DNA of 64,000 nt from Chara braunii (Eukaryota > Plantae > Charophyceae), in the NCBI GenBank assembly GCA_003427395.1, contig BFEA01000037.1, positions 4,707,477 to 4,771,476 on the forward strand, given 5' to 3'. Position numbers and translations under genes: made by a program. Below the pieces are notes generated by a model. The model saw only the letters and a list, made by a program, of their open reading frames with translations. It did not search any database and was not told the origin of the DNA. Numbering within the stretch: the first letter of the stretch is position 1; each line of letters opens with the position of its first letter. Of this stretch, positions 37,090-49,100 are shown piece by piece.

Positions 37090-38950
37090 CTGAACGGGCT
37101 TGGGCACTGATACTTTGGCCCAACCTGAAGCTACAAGGGAAACATGAGGCAGGTGTGGCATACTTAGATCCCACACAGGCCCCTACAGGGCCCGACCAGT
37201 AGGACGAGGGGTTTTCGATAGATGTAGGGTCTGTGCTAAGGTCTGTTCTAGGGTCCGTCTTGTTTCAGTAGGTCGGTACCCGCAGGTTAGGCCCTGGTGC
37301 AGTTTTGGTGCCCTACCCTAGAACGGTCTGAACACTGTTTCGTTTGGTGCCAGACCAAGGGAAACGTAGGCCGTAAAGGCCCGGTGGACGCCAGGTCATT
37401 TTCAAGCCTTTTCGAATTCGAAGCGAATTCAAATTTGGGCGTGAGGTTAGGGGCCAGCCTTTGCAGTTTTTGCGCCAGACGCTGGCGCAGTTCAGCATTG
37501 GTTAAGGGAAGCCTCCCAATTAAACCAGCACTATATAGCTGGCAGCACTATATCTGGTCCACTTACAGGCATAGGAGGCATTGTTGGCGGCACTCTTCAA
37601 GTGGAGGTTAGGTTAGTCGACGACAGCAGTAGGGCCCAGAGCTAGTATTGCACAGCAGCAGCGCAGCCAGAGCGAGAGAGAAAGATGGACTTGACTGGGC
37701 TATGGCGGAGGGCAGGGGACTTACCCGAGAACTCACCTATCAACGCCAGCGCTCCCCCTTCGTCGTCCGTGTGTCCGTACTTGCATCAAGGCAACATCTT
37801 TCACAGGTTAGTAGACGGTATCCAGCCACAGAGAGAGAGAGAGAGAGATCTCCTTCTTCTTCTCCATCCTCCGGTCCATCGCTCCTCCTCTTCCCCTCCA
37901 ACGCTCTGGCCTCTCCTCCTTCGCCAGACCATGAGAGAGAGAGAGAGAGATTTACGACATTGGGATTTAGTGATATTCGGATTCAGACTTAACCTTTGGA
38001 CAGTGACATTGTGGGGGGCTATTTTTGGATCGGTGTCGACGACATTTTGAGTTGGCTCTCTCCCTTCTCCCCCCTTCGTCTCTTCTCCCTCCTCATCCGT
38101 GTATGCCCAGGGTCTGGCGCCTCGTCTGTGCATGTCAGCGCCAAGTCCCCTCGCACACTGTGGGATGTTCAGTCTGCATCATGACATTGATTGGGTCTGA
38201 TTATTGGTATTTCAGTCTTCCACTGTGCTATCCTTACTGCATCTGTGAGAGGTCTGTTCTTGGTTCCGGTCTGCACGACATTGGCATGCGACACAGGCCA
38301 GGCAGCCAACCAGCCAGGCCCCTTCGCATATAGCAAAATGCCTCGCCGAGGTGAGAAAATTCAGGCACTTGAAGGTGCAAGCGGCAGCGCTGCTGTAGCG
38401 AGGGCTCGCGGCTACAAGCTTAGCGCTAACGAAAGTTCAGAGCGCGCACAGGCGTTCGGGTCGAGGGCGCTGCAAGAAGGCAGTGCCATAGTGGAACCCC
38501 CATAGCCGGGCTCCAGCTTGGATAGTCAGCGGTGTTGGGAAGACGTGGGTAAAGAAAACGAGGGAGACAGAGAGAGATGGAGACGATGATGTGAGAGCAC
38601 GTACCTGGTCCTGGCGATGGCCTACAAGGTCAACATCTTCGTGTACTTCAGTTCTCGCTGCTGACATCAACAGGATGCATTGTCAATTCGTAGGCTGCTA
38701 GTAGCTGTGTGATTGTAGTCGTAGGCTGCTAGTAGCTATGTGATTGTAGTCTGGCCGCTGAGCACCAAGTAGGAGGAAGGACTCTGGGTACATATGTTGA
38801 CGGTGGCGAGAGTATGCTATCATTGACATTCGGATTCAGTGCTTTGGTTCTCCGTTGGTGGAAAATCAGTGCATTGCTGCTTTCTGGACACTGTTGGACT
38901 TGCTGGCTTTCAATGTGATTTTGCACTCTAAATTTCTGTCATCGCTCATT
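37090..38950. mobile_element. Diverged LTR-like repeat related, in inverted orientation, to 41070-41760 and 60790-61450
   Basis: 38330-38950 is a diverged reverse complement of those blocks; the left boundary is uncertain. Confidence 0.5.
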
Positions 38951-40077
38951 TACCTTGCACAACGAGAACAACAATGGTAACAAGTACTAATAACCTAGGA
39001 AGATTGTCCTGCCTGGCCGGGCACCCGGGCGTGCAAAAAAAAAAAAAAAAAAGGACTTTTCTCAACTTTTCTGCGCTCTCCTCGACGACCCCAAATCCGG
39101 CCTCGTTTCTTCTTTTGAGAGTTGGCTGCCAAGGGGGGGAAAGGGGGGTATAAATTGGTTTTAAAGGGGTTTAAAGAGGGGTGCCTAACTGTGATTCTGT
39201 TATTTTCTTTTTTATCTATTCTGTGAGGAATTCGGATCCGACCCTCAGCCAAAAGTCATTTGTATTGCGCTGGGGCTGCCAGGAAACCTGCCCGGGGCTC
39301 ATGCCCAGCCGGGCATTCAGGCGTGTACCCGGGTGTAAGTTGGGTGCCCGAGCGCCGGAAAAACAGCCTAGCTAATAACCAAAAATAAATCGGAATCCAA
39401 ACTTTCACAGTGGAACAGACCCAAGTCAACGATTGCCTAGGCCTGTAGAATGCGTTAAAGATGTCTGGAGACATTTAGAAAAAAAAATTAAAAAATTGCA
39501 GCTCCCATAGTGCGCAGTTATATCCAATCATGCACGCCAATCTCCAGATCAAACCGTGTCAACAGTGATGCACACGCCAATTATTTGTGAGACACCGGGA
39601 CGTAAACAGGGGAAATCAAAATAATCATTGAGCATTTCAACCATCCTTACCTGTGACAATGGCATTCGCTGCAAAGGGTCTGGGCTCATTGACTGACGTC
39701 ATTGTGTGCTAGATCACCGCAAAGCACACGAAGGACAGCAGTGTTCTAGATCAGCGCAAAATACACACGAAGGACAGCCCGGCCTCTCATTGTGCGCTAG
39801 ATCAGCGCAAGTACACAAATGACATCCCGGCGTATTTCCTTATTTGATGACGAGTATGGCCACTCCTCACGCTCACAAAGATGAAAACACCCTTCAAAGA
39901 AATTCCAGCAGGCCCAGTTAGGCCGAGGCAGCATTGCCATTCACCTACCCTCTTTTCTGTTTCTTTCCATCCCTCACCATTTCTTTCTTCATTTTCAAAA
40001 GGGAGATGGCCTTGAGATATCACCATCATCGAACTCACCGGCCCTAGGTAATTCAGAGTTGTGGTACTTCAGTCATC

Positions 40078-40148
40078 TGCTTCCAGTGGAGTTTGAACCC
40101 GAGTCTGCATTTCAACAGTTAACGGGTGTACCAACTGCACTAGGCCAG
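40078..40148 (-). other. tRNA-like/SINE-head remnant (Pol III A and B boxes)
   Basis: Minus strand reads TGGCCTAGTGCAGTTGGTA ... GGGTTCAAACTCC; no convincing full cloverleaf. Confidence 0.4.
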
Positions 40149-41019
40149 TTGGTGTCCCTCGCCATTTCTCCTGACAGGTTTATCCAATGATCTGTGGATG
40201 GCTCATGGTCATGGACTCGTGGCAAGGGTAGGGACAGCAAAATCAAGGCAGTCGGATCCATTCAGCATGATGTGACAAAGAGACGAGCCGACACTGACGG
40301 GGGACATGGTGAATGTTCCTTCATCCGACTGCCACATACATTACAGTGGCATGTTCTGCGATCCACATCCGTAACTGCAATAATGAAATGACATGAACTG
40401 GAAAAGGAGAAAGGTAGTGCATCCACACAGCAAGTGCTCCTCCGCTATTCTCACGCGGTCCCTGTGATAGTTGAACAACCACATATGAAATTGTCGATAT
40501 CATCGACCAAGCGAAGATGAAACCCAACGCGATGATGTCGTCAGCTAATTGCCAGAGAAAAAGTGGAAAGGGGCAACCCATCTGACAGGCAGCACGGACA
40601 CAGTAGAATGATGAGCTATGGAGGGAAGAAGGGAATGAGTTCAGGTGAAAGAGGGCAATGCAGGTGTTGCCCATTGACCATTCTCGGGGAAGATGCAGGA
40701 GTTTATCACCAGCCCACCCATCAATCAAGTTGTTAAGCCCAAACACAAGCGAACGAAAGATGGCTGGCTGCTCAGCTAGCTACGAGGCCGATGTACCCTT
40801 TGCCTCTTTCTCCTTCTCTGTCAGCTTCTTGTCTTTGTGTTGGATCATGCCCGTCTCCACAAGATGGGGGATCTCAGCAGCAAGCCAGGGGGCCAGGCCA
40901 AGGCAGAGTGCATGAGCAATTCCAAAATGAGGGCTGCACACAGACACAGACAATAAATGGACAGTCAAGATCACACCCCACACTAATCCAACAAACGGAT
41001 GGTGTCCACTGATTCAGGA

Positions 41020-41059
<40 letters not shown>

Positions 41060-41989
41060 CACCAAACAGAAAAATGCAAGGAAACTGAGCAATAGCAAGA
41101 TGACAGAATCAGATTGCACAATCACATTGAAGGCCAGAAAGTCCCCCAGTGTCCCAAAAGTAGCATTGCACCAATAATACACCAATGGAGAATTCCCGAA
41201 AGTAGCATTGGACCAATAATACACCAATGGAGAATTGTAACACTGAAACCGAATGTCAATGAGAGCTTACTCTCGTCTTCACCAACATAAGAGTCCAGGC
41301 CCTTCCCCCTACTTGGCGCTCGGCGCCCAGACTACTCCCACACAGCTACTATCTGCCTAAGAATTGACAATGCAACTGTTGATGTCAGCAGCCACCAAAG
41401 TACATGAAGATGTCGCCCAAAGCAGACCATCGACAATAACAGGTATGAGCCCTCACATCATCATCCTCACCTCTCTCTCTCTCTCTCTCTTGTCTGTTCA
41501 CCTTGTCTTCCCTCTGTACACCCGAAGACCAACCCTGCGCCTTGCTGTACTCCAAGCCCAGCCAGCTATGGAAGCTGGGCCATGGCGCTGCCCTCAGCAG
41601 CGCCCTTCTTCCCACACGACCGCATGTGCACAGCACCTTGCCCCTAGCTCTAGCGGCAGCACGCGAGCGTCCGCTCCAGCAGCGCTGCCGCAAACTGGCA
41701 AGTGCCTGAATGGCACTCCAGGCAGCGAGCAGGAAAGAGTCTGCCTGGCCTTCGAGCTAGATGGGCTGGGCCTGTGCCCAGATTCAATTCAATTCAATTC
41801 AATTCAATTCAATTCAATAATTGGAGAATTCAAGCGTACGAGCCAGCACCCGCATTTGTACTCGAGAAGACGCTTCGCGTCTGATCTATCACCAGAGTGG
41901 AGTCAAAGGCGCAACGGGAAGCAGAGGCCTCGTTTCAAAAAGGCGTCTTCCGGTAGGCCCCAGGTTGCTGGGCCTCTGCTGGTGCTGCT

Positions 41990-42298
41990 AGGCCTGCGTT
42001 ACCGCGCTGATTGAGCGCGCGACCGGAGCTCAAATTTTGAGCTCCGCTCAATCCCTCACTCAAAAGCGCTTAAGGGAGCTTTGAGCGGGCACGGGAATAT
42101 TTGTTTCCCCAGAAAATAAGGAGCAAAAAAATAAAAAAATACAGGGTTGTAGATACTTTTGAGATCTACAACCCTATGTTTTTTATTTTATTTTTTGAAC
42201 TTTTCCTTTAATATTAAAAAACAACAACAACATAAAAACGAGAAAAAAAGACACTCAGACCCCACCCATGCCGGGCCTGCCCACACACACACACGTGA

Positions 42299-42335
<37 letters not shown>

Positions 42336-42605
42336 TACATAGACACACACACACACACACACACACAGAGAGTCACCACCTTCCCCACCCAGCCCCCCCC
42401 CCAAAAAAAAATCACCCGACCACCCTTTTTTTTTTTATCTGCGCAACCGCCCCCACGACATCCCCTGCCTTCGTGCAACCCCATGGCGCGTGTGCGCTCT
42501 TTTTTTGATGACCGCGCGGGCCTCAAAACACTTTGAGCGCGTTTGAGCACAGCAGGGGCGCGCGGTTAAGCGCGCGCTCACGCACGCTCAAACGGTTTCA
42601 TAGTG
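41990..42605. mobile_element. ~610-bp insertion in the 3' LTR, rich in palindromes and (CA)n
   Basis: Absent from the partner LTR near 61580; contains GGAGCTCAAATTTTGAGCTCC and AGGGTTGTAGAT...ATCTACAACCCT hairpins. Confidence 0.65.
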
Positions 42606-42924
42606 CTGGGGCTCGTTCAGTTACTCCTCCCAACTGTCTGTGTATACTGCTGTGAATGTGGCACTCCTCCCAACTGTCTGTGTATACTGCTGCGAATGTG
42701 GCACAGGGCCTGCACTTCAGAAAAGGCCTAGAAGGCCATGGAAAATCTTTGCTGCTCGGGTCCTGGGTTCCCTCAACCAACTGACGCGACACGACTGCCT
42801 GAAACCCCAAATACGGAATTGACAGCATTGGGCCTCTCGTGATTTGTTAGGCCCGCCTTCACTTAGGGCGGGCACACTTGCATCATGGGGCCCCTTAGGC
42901 TTTCCGAGAAGCCTTATCCTCGCA

Positions 42925-42943
42925 TTCCCTTCTCCTTTACTTT
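42925..42943 (-). promoter_or_regulatory. Polypurine tract AAAGTAAAGGAGAAGGGAA abutting the 3' LTR TG
   Basis: Purine run immediately 5' of TGCGAGG on the minus strand. Confidence 0.75.
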
Positions 42944-44990
42944 GATAGTCCTCTTAGAAGTTCCTTAATCTGCAGGCAACTTTCCCTCGAGTGCTCTTTC
43001 GTAGCCTGCAATCACTTCGGGCGCTGTTCACTGGAGTTCTTCTCTAGTAAACCACCAATCTTCGCTGGGATCAATATGGTGTCTGAATCTGACACGATAC
43101 TCCATCCTTGGCTTTGGAGGTTGGCTTTGGCGGTCGGCCTCTGCCGGGAGGTTTAGGCACTGGCATCACCCGATGCTCCACAATTTCATCGATGTCGACT
43201 TCGCCATCCATGGTTGGGGTTCACATTGATCGTCTGGACGGAAACTGTGCAGTTTCTGCGAAAGGTGCCAGCTTGGAGGCGTGAAATACTAGGTGTTTAC
43301 GTAGGTGGGCAGGGATGCTAATGACATAGGAAGGTCCATCTATCTGATCCCCCACTATGTCTAGGACCTCCCAGGGACCAAAGTACTGAAGCATTATTTT
43401 TTGGGAAATTCCCAACTCCTCACCTAGTTCAGATGATTTTAACCCAGACTTTGTCCTCTACGTGAAAGTTAGAAGGCCGTCTATGTTTGTTCTCACATGC
43501 GATCATAGCATCCTGAGACTTCTAATGTGTTGAAAGGCCTGCTGTAGCATACTTGACAGCAAATTCTATGCTGCCAGGTGCTGCAGTTGGCTGATCCTCA
43601 GGTAGTAGGAAATCAAGGGCGGATTTGGGCTTCCAACCAAGATGCAGTTGGTTGGGAGTCGTGCCATTAGTGCTGTGCACAGCGTTGTCGTACAGGCTGG
43701 CGATGAGAGGTAATTTTTCCTCCCAGTCATCCTGGCTTGGCTTGATGTAATGCCGAAGCAGGTGCTGCACTACTCGGTTCATCTGTTCCGCCTGGCCATT
43801 TGACTCAGGGTGATTCCCTGATGTCATTTGCAGTCGGGTGCCCATCTGTTGACCCATACTCTGCCACAGTTCGCTGGTGAAGCAAACGCCCCTGTCACTA
43901 ATGATGGACTTGGGCAATCCAAAGTCCCGTACTCAGTTATCCATAAACAGCTTGATGACATAGTCGGTCTTTGCTGTTTCCGGCATGGCGATCAGTCTAG
44001 CGTATTTGGTAAATCGGTCCACTATGACAAAGATGTGTCTTCTTGCTGGTCACAAGAGCATCCACGAAGTCAATGGACACACTTCGCCCAGGACCATCAG
44101 GAATAGGCAAGGGCTTGATAAGCCCAAGCGGAGGCTTAGTCCTAGGTTTGTCCCGTTGGCAAACCTGGCAAGTCTTTCTTCACATCTTGCATCATAGAAG
44201 GCCACCAGAATCTTTGCACTAGGTTAGCTGAAGTCTTCTTATAACAAAAATCCATCATGACATTCTCCTAGAAACAAACTACGCAAAGACTCCCTATCCG
44301 GCACACACAGTCGTTTATTCCTATGCTTCTCAAGAAACGGCAAGCCATTGACTACCGTAAATTCGTCAGAAGTGACTTTGTCCTTAGCTTCTAACTTACG
44401 GATGATCTCTGGCGTTACTGTATCTTCCCGATAGGCTTCCACCAAAGATTGAGCTACATCGTCACATATATCAAACTCAGTTATTAGAGTGCCTAGATAA
44501 TCTGCCCTTCGCGATAGTGCATCAGCCAACTTATTGTATTCTCCCTTTAGAGGGTCGAGCTTGAAGTCACACATGTCTATGACTTCAATCCACCTCTTCA
44601 AGGCGTCCAAGAGTACAGGCTGTGTCTTGATCCAACGCAACGTCTCATGGTCACATGCCACGTAGAATAATCTGCCTAAGAGGTAGTGCCTCCAATGGAC
44701 TAACGCTCTATAGAGGGCATAGAGCTCGCGCTCGTACGTGGACTTAGCTAGTTTTTGAGATGGCATCTTTTTGCTCATGTACTTGATGAGCCTCAACTTT
44801 TTCCCCTCCTTTTGCACTAGGACCATGCCTATGCCATATTGGCTGGTGTCTATGGTCACAACAAGGGCTGCTCAGGATCTGAAAGTTTGAGGACTTCATA
44901 GTGTGTCAGGGCACACTTCAATTTCTTGAAGGCTGCCTCACACTCTTTCGTCCACTCCTAAGGGGTGTTAAAGCGAGTTAGGTAGGTTAA

Positions 44991-45147
44991 AACACCAGTA
45001 CCTCCTAAAAGTGCTCCGCGTTAACAGCTAGCCAAAAATGGAAATCGCGCCGTTTCCACTTGGCTGAATAGGGCCTACCGGCCCAGGCCCCTTCATCCCA
45101 AAAGCCACGCCCGTTAATGAGGAGCACTTTTAGGAGGTAATGGTGGT
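44991..45147. mobile_element. 157-bp MITE with ~35-bp TIRs and TTAA target-site duplication
   Basis: TIR core CCTCCTAAAAGTGCTCC / GGAGCACTTTTAGGAGG; TTAA at 44987-44990 and 45148-45151; removing it restores the host frame ASSLTYLTRF. Confidence 0.9.
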
Positions 45148-46129
45148 TTAACGAGGAAGCTACATTACTACAGTTTTTGACAAACGGACGATAGTAGCCA
45201 GTCATCCCCCAAAACGACCGGACCTCGGTAACAGTCTGCGGTCTGGGCCAGTCACGTATGCTGGCCACTTTGGCATCGTCTGGCCTCAACCCATCCACAA
45301 AAATCTCATGACCCAGGTATAAGATTTTGGTGCAATCGAGCTTACATTTCTCCAAGTCAACTTTGTACTGGTGTCGCCGAAGGAGACCTAACACTAAAAT
45401 TAGATGCTCGGTGTGTTGCTCTACAGTCCTACCAAAGATCAGGATATCGTTGAGGTACACGACGATAAACTTGTCTAAGTAGTCATGAAAGATCTTGTTC
45501 ATCGCTTGCTGGAATGTTCCAAGATCATTGCATAGAGCACAAGGGCATCACCACAAACTCGTACAGAACGTGCATGATCTGAAAGGCGTTTTTGTCCTCG
45601 TCCTCAGGTCTAATAGCAATCTGATGGTATCCGGACTTCAAATCTATTTTTGTGAAGTACCGGCATCCCCGCACTCGATCCAGGAGATCGTCAATGCGGG
45701 GTAGGGGCTCCACATTTTTAACGGTGATGGCATTGAGGCCCCCATAACCAATGCACATCCTTAAGGTGCCCCCCTTCTTTGGAACAAATAGGACTAGTGC
45801 ACCGTAAGGGAAGGTACTAGGCTGAATCCATCCCTTCTCTCTAAGCTCTTTAAGCTAGCGGCGGAGCTCATCTAACTCAGCAGGAGACATCCTATAGATT
45901 CGTCCTCTACCAGGGGCGACTTCTATCGCGTGGACAATCTCCGTTTCGACCACACCACTGGGCTCCTAAAAAAGGTCTGGATATTGTGCAACGACTGCTT
46001 CTATCTTTGGGGGTGATTTTACGGCCTCCCCTTTCTTGGAGACAAAGACTAGGTACATGCCCTCCTCGCGATTCTGCTTATAATAGTTATAAAAAGAAGA
46101 TGCACACATTCAGCCATAGTTCTCAACTA

Positions 46130-49100
46130 CACCCGCACCTAAAATCCCGAACCTACATGCCCATGCGCGCCACTATTTTCCGAGCCTTTTGCATGAGGGT
46201 ACCTGCAATGGGAATTTCGGAAGTGGCACTGGTGCCACCGGTCTGCCTGAACTGAAAAAAGAAAAGAAAAGAAAAGAAACAAACAAACATGCCAACGAGC
46301 AATGATATCGTGAAAGGACGTCATGGAGGTCATAAGCAAATGATCACTTTCCTGAATGCATCTGACCACTATTACAGCGAGAGGGAAACATTGTTGTCTC
46401 CTTTTTTTCTCGTTTTGTTTTTTTTCTTCCCGACCCTGCCAGCAAGCCAACGCATATTCCTCTTGGTCAAAACGCCCTCGCTGAGGGCATACTCGCACTA
46501 GCCACGTTGAAATGCATCCGACCACTTTCACGGCCAAAGTGTTGTTGGCTTTTTTTTCTTTTTTCTTTTTTTTAAGAGTTCGAGAGTCCTCCTCCCCGTG
46601 TTCTACGTTCTGCTGAAGTACCCTCACTGAGGGCAAACTCGCACGAGTACTCCAAACAATGTATCCATGTGGCGGACCCACCAGGTGTGGTGCTCCGCCT
46701 GGGATAGAGATGGAGATGGAGGAAGAAGGGGGAGCGAGATGGCACATCGCAGCTCCTACGCTAGACTCCAATGCATGAACTCCAAAGTGTGCGAATGTAG
46801 AATTATCCGAAAAAAAGACAACAGCTTGGGTATACCCCAACGAACTGACTGGACTCGACTGGACTGGACTGGCTGGTACCGACAGAGGTATCGGCCTGGA
46901 CTGGACTACGCCGAATACACAGGCCTGTAAGAACAGGCCAAGAGGCTGGTCTCACAGGCCAACCAGAGGTCCGCTACACGATCCTCGGCCTGTGATGGAT
47001 CGCCTAGTCCAAGAAGCGAAGCTCTACCAAAGAAAAAGAAAACCTGAGTAGTCTAGGATGCGGAGGAAGCTCCATGCTAAGTCCATGCGATGCAACCTAA
47101 GATAGAAAATGTCACAAAAACAGCAATGTCACAACTAAAAGCCTAACTGGAAGCAGAAGCAACTAACTAGCATACATGTCCTAGGAAAGCAGAAAGTAAT
47201 AACAACTAGATCCTAAAATGTTGGAGACAGTAGCCTCAGTCTGGAAATAACTGACTAGTGTATAAGTCATAAGAACAGCAAAAGCAAAACAACTAAAATC
47301 CTAACAATGTCAGAGGCAGTAGCCTCAGTCTGAGTGCAACAAAGCAACAACAAGGCAACCATATGTCACAGGAGGAATGTGTGGCAAACCAAAGGGTGGG
47401 ATGCTCTCTGAGGGTGGCGAATGCAGCCTAGGGGTCGATAACTCCTAAGGGCATCCACACATAATGACAGGGGAACACATGTCATTAGGCTCAATGAGGG
47501 TAGGGAACCGGGAACGAACAAAACCAATGACCCTAACAGATAGACCACCAGGGCGGGTAATGCTCGACTAAAGGGGTGACCGCTATGGAGGGTTGACCAC
47601 GCAAGGGAACAAGGGAGCCTGGTATACTGGGCGCACCTAGATGAAGCATGTCAGGCTGCCTAACTAGGGCGTGAGGCCCGGCAGAGGGTAGAAAAAGTGA
47701 TGCGTAAGGGAATCATGCTAACGACTCCTTAGGTGGGGGAAGTCGGAGCTGGATCCGTAAGCTGGGAAGCCAAGGCAATGCTACGGTCCCGATGCCTATG
47801 CGTATACCGAGGGAGACCCCAACTCAGAGGAACCCGGAGAGGGGAGACCATCATGTGACACAACCAGGGTACCGTACAGGGTAAGGTGGTAAGAGAGTGA
47901 CGACGTCTGAAGTAGGCAGAGCTGATCATGACGAAGTTCATCAAGCTGACGATTACGTCCATGATGAGAAGTTTGGAATGCCGTCGATGAGGAGCCGCAA
48001 CGTCGACGAGCTGAAGTGGCAAAACTGGAGTGGATGGAGTACTGAGAAGTCAAAGACATGGGAAGATAAGTCAGAGTCAATCGTCGTATCGAGCAGGACG
48101 ACGACGAGTGCGTTGTGGACGCTCAGAAGCATCCGGCTGCCGCTGAAGGTCTGCCTCAGATGAAGCAAGCTCAACTTCAACGGTCTCCTCAACTGAGGGA
48201 GGAGGGTCGATGGGCCGAGGAGGAGTAGTCAGCCCAGCACGACGAGCACGGTCATAGGTACGCACCAACATGCGAGCGTGCTGCAAGTGCTCGAGGGGCT
48301 CCCAAGTAGCCTCCTCATCAGGGTAACCCTTCCAACGTACGAGATACTCGACATGGGGAGGGTTGTCGTCGGTGACTCGGCGACCAATGATGTCTGAAAC
48401 GAGGAACTCCTCGTGGCCGTCCACCATGATGGGTGGAGGGCGCTCGTATGGTCGTCCAACGAAACGCTCGGATGGTCTGCGATAAAAGGGACGCAGTAAT
48501 GAGACGTGGTAGACATCATGCACACGAGTCTGGCGTAGGTACTCTGGCAGCTTCACACAGAAGCTGACCGAGCTAAAAGCCGTATCAGAACCGGCGGCTT
48601 GGAGAATGCGGCATGGGCCAAAGAAGCGACATCGAAACTTGCAAAGCGTGTCCGCTTCGAGCTGTAAGTGGCGGGCGTCGATAAGCACATCATCACCGAC
48701 TTTGAATGGATGATCCATCCTCGATCGGTTCGCACGTGCTGCCATGTGAGTCTGGGAAGTGGCTATGTGCTCATGCGAGGTCTTCATAATCGACGTCATG
48801 TGTGCAACCCAATCATACAGCGAGGGACAACTCGTGTCGGGGTGCATCTGTGACGGTCGAAGGAAATCCGCGGGAACACGAGGGTGATAGCCGAGGTCGC
48901 AATAGTAAGGCGACATCCCCGTGGCTGGAGAGACGGCGTGCTTGTAGGCTATCTCCGCGTGGGCAAGATGAAGATCCCACTGCTGGTCGTCACAAACAAC
49001 TTTTCGAAGAATATCTCCGAGAGTCCTTTTCGTGACCTCGGTCTGACCATCAGTCTGAGGATGGGAAGACGAGGAAAACCTGAGTTGGGTGCCGTATACC

